DNA from: a virus
Virus record (IMG/VR): IMGVR_UViG_3300008107_000017
Span: 32,001 to 96,000 of that record
Strand: one strand, 5' to 3'
Length of the DNA stretch: 64,000 nucleotides
Shown: one piece after another, positions 39,370-48,736 of the stretch
Layout: every line of letters begins with the position of its first letter
Position numbering within the stretch: position 1 is the first letter of the stretch
Program-made: the position numbers and the translations under genes
Notes under the pieces: model-generated
Seen by the model: the letters and a program-made list of their open reading frames with translations, nothing else
Databases searched by the model: none
Told to the model about the DNA's origin: nothing

Positions 39370-39442
39370 AGTCGATTAGTTCAATTGGATAGAACACTTG
39401 ACTACGGATCAAGAGATAAGGGTTCGAGTCCTTTATTGACTA
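39370..39442 (+). tRNA. tRNA-Arg(ACG)
   Basis: CTTGA-CTACGGA-TCAAG. Confidence 0.9.
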
Positions 39443-39447
39443 CTAAT

Positions 39448-39520
39448 GGTGATGTAGCTCAGTTGGTAGAGCAAAGGACTGAAAATCCTTGTGTCGGCGG
39501 TTCGATTCCGTCCATCACCA
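39448..39520 (+). tRNA. tRNA-Phe(GAA)
   Basis: AAGGA-CTGAAAA-TCCTT. Confidence 0.93.
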
Positions 39521-39603
39521 CTAAGTAATAGGTAAGCATCTAAGGGGTCTCCTATGTAATATTAGGGCGTGTCTAACCCAAAGCCTCTGCTTATTACTTT
39601 TAT

Positions 39604-39675
39604 TCCTCGGTAGCTCAGAGGCAGAGCACATGACTGTTAATCATGGGGTCGGGATATCGTAATTCCCCCGGGGAG
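39604..39675 (+). tRNA. tRNA-Asn(GTT) with atypical T-loop
   Basis: CATGA-CTGTTAA-TCATG; T-arm reads GGGATATCGTAATTCCC. Confidence 0.8.
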
Positions 39676-39733
39676 CAAAAACGCTTAATAGAACAAAGTA
39701 CAAGTTCAGAACAGGGTGCGGGTCCTGTGACAT

Positions 39734-39807
39734 TGGAATATAGCTCAGTTGGTTAGAGCATTCGTCTGATACGCGAAGGGTCGGCAGTTCGAGTCTGCCT
39801 ATTCCAA
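39734..39807 (+). tRNA. tRNA-Ile(GAT)
   Basis: TTCGT-CTGATAC-GCGAA. Confidence 0.9.
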
Positions 39808-39812
39808 CACAT

Positions 39813-39887
39813 GGTGGTTATAGCTCAGTTGGTTAGAGCATCTGATTGTGGTTCAGAAGGTCGTGGGTTCGACTCCCATTAATCACC
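39813..39887 (+). tRNA. tRNA-His(GTG)
   Basis: G-1:C73; TCTGA-TTGTGGT-TCAGA. Confidence 0.92.
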
Positions 39888-39893
39888 CATAAT

Positions 39894-39964
39894 GGCACTA
39901 TGGCCGAGTGGTTAGGTGGAGGTCTGCAAAACCTTTCACACAGGTTCGATTCCTGTTGGTGCCT
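39894..39964 (+). tRNA. tRNA-Cys(GCA)
   Basis: GAGGT-CTGCAAA-ACCTT; U73. Confidence 0.9.
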
Positions 39965-39972
39965 CAATAAAT

Positions 39973-40045
39973 GCGTCTGTAGCTCAGTTGGTAGAGCACT
40001 GGTCTCCAAAACCAGGTGTCGGTGGTTCGAACCCATCCAGGCGTG
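39973..40045 (+). tRNA. tRNA-Trp(CCA)
   Basis: CTGGT-CTCCAAA-ACCAG. Confidence 0.92.
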
Positions 40046-40062
40046 CGAAATACATAAAATGA

Positions 40063-40512
40063 ATGAAGGTGTTTAGAAAGACAAATGGAGTCAAGGTTAA
40101 TGTGATAGATCACACCCTCGAGCAGTTAAAGAATTATCCTCATGCATCGATTCACATTGGAACCGATTCACAAAATCATGGTGATGTAACTATGTATAGC
40201 ACAGTGATAGCATATCGCTTTGGATCATCAGGTGTACATTATATTTTTACTAAACATAAAATGCCAAAGATCACTGATATGTGGACACGTCTTTGGAAAG
40301 AAGCCGAGATGAGTATTGAAACCGCTGAATGGCTTACACAACAGATTAATGTTAAGGTTCAAATTGATATGGACTATAACGGAGATGAAGAACACAAATC
40401 ATATAGAATTATTTCTGCGGCTAAAGGGTGGGCAAATTCTCTGGGCTATAAAGTAAATGTAAAACCTAACGAGCAAATTGCAACTCGTGCAGCTGATTAT
40501 TGCTGTAGATAA
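40063..40512 (+). CDS. RNase H-like YkuK/DUF458 family protein
   Basis: IHIGTDSQ, RLWKEAEMS, IDMDYN and ATRAAD. Confidence 0.8.
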   Translation: MKVFRKTNGVKVNVIDHTLEQLKNYPHASIHIGTDSQNHGDVTMYSTVIAYRFGSSGVHYIFTKHKMPKITDMWTRLWKEAEMSIETAEWLTQQINVKVQIDMDYNGDEEHKSYRIISAAKGWANSLGYKVNVKPNEQIATRAADYCCR

Positions 40513-40513
40513 A

Positions 40514-40598
40514 GGAAGGTTACCCAAGTGGTGAAGGGGGCAGTTTGCTAAACTGTTAGGTCGGCAACGGCGCGAGGGTTCGATCCCCTCACCTTCCG
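40514..40598 (+). tRNA. tRNA-Ser(GCT)
   Basis: GCAGT-TTGCTAA-ACTGT; long variable arm. Confidence 0.92.
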
Positions 40599-40648
40599 CT
40601 CTTTCAGAAATCATATCTATGTATTATATTTGAATAAATAGTTTAGGT

Positions 40649-40846
40649 ATGAAAAAGGATTTTATTTGGGTACGCAGGGTTATCCTAAACAAAGACAACA
40701 AGACCGTTCATTACGAGTCTTTGGTTAAACTTATTCATTTGTTTTCAGCAAAATGGAAACATAATGAAAAAGATCCACGATTTAGGGAAGCCTATAATTC
40801 ATATAAAGCCTTTCTGAAACTTACACTTAGACATCAATATAATTAA
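40649..40846 (+). CDS. Hypothetical protein
   Basis: ORF after a TTTC-N19-TATATTTG motif (40602-40632). Confidence 0.5.
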   Translation: MKKDFIWVRRVILNKDNKTVHYESLVKLIHLFSAKWKHNEKDPRFREAYNSYKAFLKLTLRHQYN

Positions 40847-40881
40847 ACCAAACAGAGTTTTAGCATATAAAAATAAAAGGT

Positions 40882-42759
40882 ATGGCCGTAAGTGTAGAAA
40901 AGAGGTATCAAAAACTTACTGACACTGAACACGTTCTCCTTCGTCCAGGTATGTACATCGGTTCAATTAAACCGCATACCGAGGAAGTATTTCTTCTTAA
41001 CGAAAAGAAAGGTAAATTTGAACCTACGGAGATTACTTATAATCCAGGTTTCATAAAACTTTTTGACGAGATCGTATCAAATTCAGTTGATGAACATAAA
41101 AGAAATCCTCAACTTAACCAGATTAAAATTACTATTGATGAAGTATCTGGCAGAATATCAATCTGGGATAATGGAGGAATTCCTGTAGAGATCCATAAAG
41201 AGTACGGAGAATGGGTTCCAGAAATGATCTTTAGTAATCTTAAGACTGGTAGTAATTTTGATGATACTGAAGACCGTACTGTTGTAGGTACTAATGGTGT
41301 AGGTAGTACATTAACCAATATCTTTAGTAAAGAATTCAAAATTGAAACATGTGATGGTAAAAAATCATTTGTGCAGGTATTTTCAGATAACATGTCCAAA
41401 AAGACAGAACCTGTAATTAAATCACATAAGAAAGGCTATACTGAAATTTCTTATATTGCAGATTTTGAAAGATTTGGAATGAAGAAAATTGATAAGTCTT
41501 CTCTGCAAATGATTCAGAAAAGGCTTTATGATATTGCTGCATGTAATACTTTGCTTAAGATCTATCTTAATGATACCTTAATATCGTTTAAGAACTTTAA
41601 AGAATATGCAGATCTTTATACTGATAATGTTTTCTATGAACAGTCTCCTAATTGGAAAATTGGTATAGGACATTCAACATCAGGATTTAAAGCAATATCA
41701 TTCGTCAATTCGGTTGAAACAAAGGATGGTGGCACCCATGTTAATAATGTTACATTTCAAATCATCCAATACCTTAGAGAAAAGATTAAGAAAAAATATC
41801 GGGTTGATGTAAAACCAACCGATCTAAAACAACACATCTTTCTCTTTATTGATTGCACAGTTATTAATCCTGCATTCTCGTCTCAAACTAAGGAGAAACT
41901 CATTACTGAACCTAAAGACTTTGGGAGTATACATGAACTATCAGAAAAGATTCTTAAACAAGTATTTGCATCTGAAATCATCCAATCTGTTCTTGACTGG
42001 ATTGAAAGAAAGCAGGCAGCCGAAGAAAGAGCAAAACTTAGAAAATTAAATAATAACCTCGATAAGTCAAAGGTAATTAAATTAATCGATGCTAAGAAAA
42101 CCGGTGATAGAAAAAATTGTACTCTTGCAATATTTGAAGGTGACTCTGCATCCTCTGCGTTTCGTCGTTACCGTGATCCGCTAACGCAAGGTGCGTTTCC
42201 TCTTCGCGGTAAATTTATTAATGTAAGAGAGATTCCTGATTCAAAGGTGGTACAAAATAAAGAAGTACAATCTCTTATGGCTGCAATAGGATTAAAGATT
42301 GGTCATGAACCAAAGGACTTAAGATATGGTAAGATCTTATTCTATACTGATGCCGATGTTGATGGGAATTCAATTTCTGCATTGCTAATTAATTTCTTTG
42401 GTAAATATTGGCCTGAGTTATTTGAAGAAGGTAAAGTTCTTAAGGTAGAAACACCTCTTATGGTAGCAAAGAAAGGAAAGGAAACTTTAAGCTTTTATTC
42501 TGAAGAAGATTATAAAGAATGGGAGTTAAAACAAAAATCATTATCCTCATGGAATATTGAATATAAGAAAGGATTGGCTGCATTGGAGGACGATGAATAT
42601 CAGGAGATCATTAGAAGCCCTAGATCATACTTTCTTACCAGAGATAATGGATTTAACAGTACATTAAATATCTGGTTTGCAGGTGACTCTAGCCCTCGTA
42701 AAAAGAAGATTCTAGGCGAATCTGTTGAAATTAAAACAAGCAATAAATCTCTTTTCTAA
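40882..42759 (+). CDS. gp39: Type IIA topoisomerase ATPase/TOPRIM subunit (unsplit gp39+gp60)
   Basis: HVLLRPGMYIGS, GTNGVG, EGDSA, PLRGK, TDADVDG and YKKGL. Confidence 0.95.
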   Translation: MAVSVEKRYQKLTDTEHVLLRPGMYIGSIKPHTEEVFLLNEKKGKFEPTEITYNPGFIKLFDEIVSNSVDEHKRNPQLNQIKITIDEVSGRISIWDNGGIPVEIHKEYGEWVPEMIFSNLKTGSNFDDTEDRTVVGTNGVGSTLTNIFSKEFKIETCDGKKSFVQVFSDNMSKKTEPVIKSHKKGYTEISYIADFERFGMKKIDKSSLQMIQKRLYDIAACNTLLKIYLNDTLISFKNFKEYADLYTDNVFYEQSPNWKIGIGHSTSGFKAISFVNSVETKDGGTHVNNVTFQIIQYLREKIKKKYRVDVKPTDLKQHIFLFIDCTVINPAFSSQTKEKLITEPKDFGSIHELSEKILKQVFASEIIQSVLDWIERKQAAEERAKLRKLNNNLDKSKVIKLIDAKKTGDRKNCTLAIFEGDSASSAFRRYRDPLTQGAFPLRGKFINVREIPDSKVVQNKEVQSLMAAIGLKIGHEPKDLRYGKILFYTDADVDGNSISALLINFFGKYWPELFEEGKVLKVETPLMVAKKGKETLSFYSEEDYKEWELKQKSLSSWNIEYKKGLAALEDDEYQEIIRSPRSYFLTRDNGFNSTLNIWFAGDSSPRKKKILGESVEIKTSNKSLF

Positions 42760-44102
42760 TGGAAAAAAGAACAGTAACATCATTCTTTGATAAAGAATAT
42801 TTGGAGTATGCCAAATATGTTGTAGAAAATCGTGCAATCCCTAGCTGTATTGACGGTCTTAAACCAACACAACGGAAGGTCGTTTTCGTGGCAAATAAAA
42901 TCTGGAAAAATGGAGCAGAAAAGCCAATGAAACTATTCCAACTTGCAGGCCGTGTAGCGGCAGAGGCATATTATCATCATGGTAATACTTCCTTGGAATC
43001 TGCTATGGTTGGTATGGCACAGAAGTTTAAGAACTCTTTACCTCTTTTGGATGGCATTGGCCAATTTGGATCTTTACGTTCCCCTTCTGCCGGTGCACCT
43101 CGTTACATCAGTGCAAAATTACATCCTAATTTTAGATTAATTTATCAGGATTTTGACCTTCTTAATAATAAGATTGAAGAAGGTGTAGAAATTGAACCAG
43201 ACTTCTTTCTTCCTATCGTTCCAACCGTTATCTTAAATGGATCTTCTGGTATTGCTGTAGGATTTGCAACTAACATTCTTAATCGTAATCCTAAAGATGT
43301 AGTTGAAGCATGTTTGGCCGTTCTTAAGGATAAGAAGATTAAAACACTTCCTCCTTGGTTAAGTGAATTTAAGGGATCATTTACTAGAGATCCTGGTAAT
43401 CCTAATACGTGGAAGATTAGTGGATCATATGAAATAGTAAATAGTACAACAGTAAAAGTAACAGAAATTCCACCTTCATTTACTTATGAGAGATATGAAG
43501 AGTGGTTAAACGCTCTGGTTGATAAAAAGATCATTGTTGATTATGAAGATAATTCATCAGATAAAATTGAATACCTTCTTAAATTTCAACGAGCAATTCT
43601 TAAGGACTATATTTCAAAGGATAGACTAGAAAATCTGTTAAAGATTCATTCACAAGAAACTGAAAACCTTACCACTATCGATGAGACTGGTAAATTAAAG
43701 ATCTTTACCAAAGCTGAAGATATTGTAACCCACTTTGTTGGAATAAGACTTCAGTATTATCATAAGAGAAAGGCCTATCTTCTTGATAAATTAGGAAGAG
43801 AGCTTCTTATCATATCAAATAAGGCAAGATTCATTAAAGATATTATTGAAGGAAAACTTAAGGTAAATAATGTAGCAAAAGATATCATTGTTAAATACCT
43901 GGAAGATAACAAATATGATAAGATTGATGGTTCATATACATACCTATTAAGTATGGCAATCTATTCATTAACTAAGGAGAGATTTGAAGAACTACTTAAA
44001 CAAAAAACAGAAAAGGAATCTGAGGTAGAAGCCATTAAGAAAACTGATCCTAAGGACATGTATATAACTGATCTTGAACAATTGAAAAAATCATTAGGGT
44101 AA
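42759..44102 (+). CDS. gp52: Type IIA topoisomerase breakage-reunion subunit
   Basis: DGLKPTQRK, YHHG, APRY (catalytic Tyr) and GIAVGFAT. Confidence 0.95.
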   Translation: MEKRTVTSFFDKEYLEYAKYVVENRAIPSCIDGLKPTQRKVVFVANKIWKNGAEKPMKLFQLAGRVAAEAYYHHGNTSLESAMVGMAQKFKNSLPLLDGIGQFGSLRSPSAGAPRYISAKLHPNFRLIYQDFDLLNNKIEEGVEIEPDFFLPIVPTVILNGSSGIAVGFATNILNRNPKDVVEACLAVLKDKKIKTLPPWLSEFKGSFTRDPGNPNTWKISGSYEIVNSTTVKVTEIPPSFTYERYEEWLNALVDKKIIVDYEDNSSDKIEYLLKFQRAILKDYISKDRLENLLKIHSQETENLTTIDETGKLKIFTKAEDIVTHFVGIRLQYYHKRKAYLLDKLGRELLIISNKARFIKDIIEGKLKVNNVAKDIIVKYLEDNKYDKIDGSYTYLLSMAIYSLTKERFEELLKQKTEKESEVEAIKKTDPKDMYITDLEQLKKSLG

Positions 44103-44141
44103 TGAAACTTATTAAGATACTTCAATATAAAAAATAAATCC

Positions 44142-44303
44142 ATGAAAACATTTATTATAGTAGGTTCAGGAGTTAAGTGGACGTGTAAGGCAAATACCGA
44201 GGAAGAAGCATGGGAATCCTTATCTAAAATTAAAGTATTACCTATCACAGAACTAAAGAAAATGTTTAAAGTATTAAACGGTGATCAATCAAAAAATCAA
44301 TAA
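44142..44303 (+). CDS. Small hypothetical protein (53 aa, MKTFIIVGSG...), not in the ORF track
   Basis: Follows an AAAC-N16-ATATAA motif (44105) and fills the gap before the KTSC gene. Confidence 0.45.
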   Translation: MKTFIIVGSGVKWTCKANTEEEAWESLSKIKVLPITELKKMFKVLNGDQSKNQ

Positions 44304-44304
44304 T

Positions 44305-44532
44305 ATGTTAATAGAACAAACCTCGATGACAGACTCATCAATGATTAAAAAAGCAGTTTATAATTTTTCTGCAAACACATTAAAAATTGAATTTAATTCA
44401 GGTACTATCTATGAATATTCAAATGTTGACTCTCAAACATATGAAGAATTTTGTAGAGCAGAATCTCAAGGAAAATTCTTTAATGAAAAAATTAAAAACA
44501 ATTTTCAAAACTCTAAACTTTTATTAGACTAA
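44305..44532 (+). CDS. KTSC domain protein
   Basis: SSMI...Y...LKIEFNSGTIYEY.NV...AESQGKFFNEKIK. Confidence 0.85.
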   Translation: MLIEQTSMTDSSMIKKAVYNFSANTLKIEFNSGTIYEYSNVDSQTYEEFCRAESQGKFFNEKIKNNFQNSKLLLD

Positions 44533-44534
44533 TT

Positions 44535-44771
44535 ATGGGACCAACTAATGTAATGTATGATGCTCTCAAAGCACAATTTGAAGCACAAAAACAAAAGGCT
44601 CTTGCCACACTTACTATCTACTTAACAAATCCAGTAGGTATCGGTGAACATCCACAGCATATAGATGAAATGATGACCTTAACAAGATCTCTTGCTGAGG
44701 CCAATGATTGCATTCAAACTTTAGAAAATACCTTTGAGGTAAAAAATGCAGCCAATGAAAACGGTAACTGA
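44535..44771 (+). CDS. Conserved-type phage hypothetical protein
   Basis: YLTNPVGIGEHP motif. Confidence 0.6.
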   Translation: MGPTNVMYDALKAQFEAQKQKALATLTIYLTNPVGIGEHPQHIDEMMTLTRSLAEANDCIQTLENTFEVKNAANENGN

Positions 44772-45006
44772 GATAGTACAAAGACTTCTTGATGAAAGAC
44801 ATATTACTGCAGAGGAAGCCATAGTACTTTTACAAGCCGAGGTAAATAGAAATCAGCCTTTTTACATACCTAGCCCTACGCCAACCATTCAACCTTATTC
44901 TCCGCCTTATAAACCAGGCGATCTTTGGTATAGTTTTTCATCAACCTCACCAGGCACAACCGTAAACACTCCTATTGCAGGTTCAAAATCAGAAGATAAT
45001 GAATAA
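44746..45006 (+). CDS. Hypothetical protein
   Basis: ITAEEAIVLL motif plus Pro-rich tail. Confidence 0.5.
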   Translation: MQPMKTVTEIVQRLLDERHITAEEAIVLLQAEVNRNQPFYIPSPTPTIQPYSPPYKPGDLWYSFSSTSPGTTVNTPIAGSKSEDNE

Positions 45007-45478
45007 AGTAATCCTAGTAGGTAAAGCCGCTGCAGGTAAAGATCACATGAGAAAGGTAATGGAAGGCCGTGGATTTATCTACGGTATTTCTTATACCACT
45101 CGACCACCGAGAGAAGGTGAGATTGACGGCCAAGATTATTACTTTATGTCAAAAGAACAATTTGATGATGGTATTAAGAATAACTTTTGGTATGAATGGG
45201 TTGAATTTAATGGTTGGTATTATGGAACAAGTTATAAACAGTTCAAGGAACAGTGTAACTTATTTATAATGACACCTAAAGGCATTTCTCATATCAATCC
45301 AATTGATCGTAAAGAATGTACAATCATTTATCTCAATATGCCAATTGAAGTAAGACGCCAAAGACTTATTAGCCGCAATATGCCAGGTGATACATTGGAA
45401 CGTAGAATTCAGGCAGATGAAAATGACTTTGCTAATTTTACAGATTTTGACATTGAGATAAACAATCATAACTTCTAA
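44999..45478 (+). CDS. gmk: Guanylate kinase-like
   Basis: GKAAAGKD, SYTTRPPREGEIDGQDYYF and WYYGT. Confidence 0.88.
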   Translation: MNKVILVGKAAAGKDHMRKVMEGRGFIYGISYTTRPPREGEIDGQDYYFMSKEQFDDGIKNNFWYEWVEFNGWYYGTSYKQFKEQCNLFIMTPKGISHINPIDRKECTIIYLNMPIEVRRQRLISRNMPGDTLERRIQADENDFANFTDFDIEINNHNF

Positions 45479-45492
45479 CATATAAAAATAAA

Positions 45493-46092
45493 ATGAGTAA
45501 GTTCATTATCATTGAAGGCACCGATAATACCGGTAAAGATACACAGCAAAATCTTATTATTAAGAATCTTAAAGATACTGTCTTTCATAAGATTCATTAT
45601 TCGTCTTTACCCTTTAAAGATGATATTGAAATGCATACTTCATATTCAAAGAAAATGTATGAAGACATGTTTAAGATGATGGTTCTCTGTAAAGATCAAG
45701 ATATTAATATCATCTTTAATCGTTCTCATTTAGGTGAAAGTATTTACTCTCCACTTTACCGTGGATATTCCGGTGATTATGTTTTTGATATTGAAAAAGG
45801 TTTTGTAAATACATTAAGAGAAAATCTTTATCTTATTACGTTAACAAATGACCCTCATACCATTTGGAGCAGAGATGATGGAAAATCATTTTATAAAAAT
45901 GAAGAAGGTATTAAAGCCGAGGTTGATGGATTCCAACGTGCTCATCGTTTGAGTAAGATTAAAAATAAACTTCTTCTTAATGTAGGTACTATGGGTGCCG
46001 ATGAAGTCTCCAAAATTATTATTGAGTTTTTATCCCATGAAAATACAATAACCGGAGATCCTAAACAATTATCTATGTTTAGTCATGAGTAA
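45493..46092 (+). CDS. Thymidylate-kinase-like dNMP kinase
   Basis: IIEGTDNTGKDT and FNRSHLGE..Y..LYR. Confidence 0.75.
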   Translation: MSKFIIIEGTDNTGKDTQQNLIIKNLKDTVFHKIHYSSLPFKDDIEMHTSYSKKMYEDMFKMMVLCKDQDINIIFNRSHLGESIYSPLYRGYSGDYVFDIEKGFVNTLRENLYLITLTNDPHTIWSRDDGKSFYKNEEGIKAEVDGFQRAHRLSKIKNKLLLNVGTMGADEVSKIIIEFLSHENTITGDPKQLSMFSHE

Positions 46093-46273
46093 GTGGAGAG
46101 AAGAACGCATGTATGAGATAATGAATCATCTCTGGGATAATCCTAAGTTGATGGAATTATATGAACTCGAAATGAAAAAGGCACAAGCCGAAAAATACGT
46201 AGAAGAGTTCTTTCCTAAAATGGAAAAATGTTACGAAAAAGCTTTAAAAGAATATGAGAATTTACAAAGGTGA
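46085..46273 (+). CDS. Hypothetical protein
   Basis: Short coupled ORF. Confidence 0.45.
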   Translation: MSKWREERMYEIMNHLWDNPKLMELYELEMKKAQAEKYVEEFFPKMEKCYEKALKEYENLQR

Positions 46274-47135
46274 AACATTTGCTGATGTGTATCAAACTGC
46301 ACTAACTGATGTACTCCAAAATCCTGAATATGTTACCTCTCCAAGAGGTATGAAAATTAATGAAGTTACTAATGCTGCGTTAGTTATCGAAGATCCTACA
46401 TTTCCTCTTTATGAAAATAATAGAAGGAGTAGTCAATTCAAATATATTGCAGCCGAATTAGTTTGGTACTTTACTGGCCGTAGAGATACTAATTTTATTT
46501 CAAAATTTGCAAAGTTCTGGGAACAAATTGATAACGGAAACGGTACGGTAAATTCTGCTTACGGTAATCTTATCTTTACGGATAAGAATCCTCATGGTAT
46601 TAATCAGTACCAATGGGCATTACAGTCTTTAATTGAAGATAAAGATTCTCGTCAAGCTATTCTTCATTTTAATATGCCTTCACATCAGTGGAAAGGTAAT
46701 AAAGATTTTGTATGTACTCTTACAGGCGTATTTCAAATTCGTGATAATCATCTTAACTTTACCATTGATATGAGATCAAACGATCTTATTCTAGGTACAC
46801 CGACTGACATTGCATTTTTCTGTCTTCTTCAACAGCAGATGTATGAGCATCTTAAAAAGTATTACCCAGATCTAGAATTAGGTACATATACACATATTGT
46901 ACATTCTCTTCATATTTATGAAAGGCACTTTGGCTTAATAGATGAAATGTTAGATCATTCTTTTGAACCAATGAGTTTTCCAGAGATAAGAGAATTCTTA
47001 ATCGATCCTAATGGTAATCCTTTAGAAGGTATTAAAGAAATTGAATCTGAAATAGAATCAGATTCCGAGGTTATAAGAGTTAAAGATGATCCTTTACATG
47101 TGTGGATATCCGATGCGGTTTTCATGGATATATAA
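46254..47135 (+). CDS. Thymidylate synthase-family enzyme, probably dCMP hydroxymethylase-like
   Basis: VNSAYG, DSRQA, DFVCT, MRSND...GTPTD and SLHIYERHF. Confidence 0.75.
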   Translation: MRIYKGETFADVYQTALTDVLQNPEYVTSPRGMKINEVTNAALVIEDPTFPLYENNRRSSQFKYIAAELVWYFTGRRDTNFISKFAKFWEQIDNGNGTVNSAYGNLIFTDKNPHGINQYQWALQSLIEDKDSRQAILHFNMPSHQWKGNKDFVCTLTGVFQIRDNHLNFTIDMRSNDLILGTPTDIAFFCLLQQQMYEHLKKYYPDLELGTYTHIVHSLHIYERHFGLIDEMLDHSFEPMSFPEIREFLIDPNGNPLEGIKEIESEIESDSEVIRVKDDPLHVWISDAVFMDI

Positions 47136-47152
47136 TAAAATCATCTATAACA

Positions 47153-48103
47153 ATGAAGTATGTCAAACTTTTTGAAGAGTTCTTAAATGAAGCCGTTGAA
47201 GATAACGGATTAAAGAAAGTATATTTAGCCACCCGCCGAGATAGTGGACAGAGATGGTGGTCTTATAAAGGTTTTGCCGGTGATAAGTTTTTTATTCAGG
47301 TTACCGAAAATAATATTGATAAGTTAGACATTAATCCTGAGTACCCTGTACTTAATTATCATAGTACTATAGTTGATGAATTACTAAAAAGAAAATTGAT
47401 TAAAGAGGAAAACATCTATAATCATCCTAAGTATATTCCACTATCTGGATCAAAGAAAGAGTTTCATAAACTTGTAGGTGAAGATGAAAATGTACCTAAG
47501 ACCGTTTACTCAAAAAACGAGGCTTTAGAGAAATTAAACTTTCCTATCATTGCAAAGCCTGCAAATGGTCATAGCGGTATTGGAATTCAGGTTATTAAGA
47601 AGCCTGAATTAATGGAAGAACTTGATGAAAAGATATTTGACACTTTTTCTGAATATGTAGATAAGGTAGAGGAAATGAGATTCTTTAACTTTAAAGGTCA
47701 ACCTATTTTTTGGATGGAAAGAACACCTGCAAACAGTAAGGCAAAATCTGGTGATGGTAAGACCGATGAGGAAATGGAATTTAATTATGCTAAGAGAAAT
47801 GTTGATAATATTCCAGAAGACTATAAAAAGGTTTTAGAAAAATACTGCAAAATATTTGAAAAGTTTCCTTACATCTGTTTTGATATGATGAAGGATAAAG
47901 AAGGTAAGATCTATGTTATTGAGTCAAATGCCCAGCCCGGTGTACCTTTCGATAGCACAGTTGAAATCTATAAGAAAGTATATGAAGACTTCTATGGTAA
48001 ACCCCTAGATGAAAAATCTCTTCAAAAACTAGACGAATACTCAAAGGAAATGATTGAAAGAACACTGGAACGCGATAAGAAAAGATTTTCTGTAAAAAAG
48101 TAG
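47153..48103 (+). CDS. ATP-grasp domain protein with putative capsid-targeting N-terminus
   Basis: MKYVKLFEEFLNEA start; FPIIAKPANGHSGIGI, CFD and VIESNAQPG. Confidence 0.75.
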   Translation: MKYVKLFEEFLNEAVEDNGLKKVYLATRRDSGQRWWSYKGFAGDKFFIQVTENNIDKLDINPEYPVLNYHSTIVDELLKRKLIKEENIYNHPKYIPLSGSKKEFHKLVGEDENVPKTVYSKNEALEKLNFPIIAKPANGHSGIGIQVIKKPELMEELDEKIFDTFSEYVDKVEEMRFFNFKGQPIFWMERTPANSKAKSGDGKTDEEMEFNYAKRNVDNIPEDYKKVLEKYCKIFEKFPYICFDMMKDKEGKIYVIESNAQPGVPFDSTVEIYKKVYEDFYGKPLDEKSLQKLDEYSKEMIERTLERDKKRFSVKK

Positions 48104-48153
48104 AAAAAAGTCTACGAAAAATTTTCAAATCTCGTTTTTTTGTTTTATATTTG
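48104..48153 (+). promoter_or_regulatory. Putative early, host-sigma promoter (copy 2)
   Basis: TTTC-N19-TATATTTG with an upstream AAAAAAGTCT block as at 36196. Confidence 0.7.
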
Positions 48154-48190
48154 TACTGATGGTATTTTTATACTGTCTTAAAACAATGAT

Positions 48191-48736
48191 ATGTCTGAAG
48201 AACAATTAAGAGAAATCTCTGATTTTTACATTACATCGGATACGTGGTTTGGAAGGCCACAAATCCTTGATATTGCAAGGCGTACCCAGTTTTCAAGTAT
48301 TGATGATATGAATGATCAATTCATCAAAAACTGGAATAAGCAGGTCAAATCATCTGACCTCGTTTTTCACTTAGGTAATTTTGCGTGGGATCCACATACC
48401 GCAAGAACTGTTTTGAAAAAGCTTAAAGGCAAAATCTTTTTCATGATTGGAAATTCTGATGAATCTCTACTGGAAGTAGCCGATGAGTTTGAAAACGTTG
48501 AGGTTCTTGATCAACAAATTATTGAACTTCCTCAATTTGATTCTATTCTCTGTCACTATCCGTTGGAAGTATGGAATGGAAAATCATCAGGGACTATTCA
48601 TTTTCATGGACATACCGTCTTTTCACATAAGACAGATCTAAGATCATCCAATCGTGTAAACGTTTGCATTGATTTTTGGAATTATTCACCAATTAAATTT
48701 TCGGCAATTAAAGAATTTACAAATGGCAAAATCTAA
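48191..48736 (+). CDS. Calcineurin-like metallophosphoesterase with degenerate motifs
   Basis: SDTWFG, HLGNF, GNSD, CHYP and HGH. Confidence 0.75.
   Translation: MSEEQLREISDFYITSDTWFGRPQILDIARRTQFSSIDDMNDQFIKNWNKQVKSSDLVFHLGNFAWDPHTARTVLKKLKGKIFFMIGNSDESLLEVADEFENVEVLDQQIIELPQFDSILCHYPLEVWNGKSSGTIHFHGHTVFSHKTDLRSSNRVNVCIDFWNYSPIKFSAIKEFTNGKI

Noticed and set aside
39676-39733. Extra tRNA (T-arm-like ACAGGGTGCGGGTCCTGT)
   Set aside because: No acceptor stem or anticodon arm; at most a remnant.
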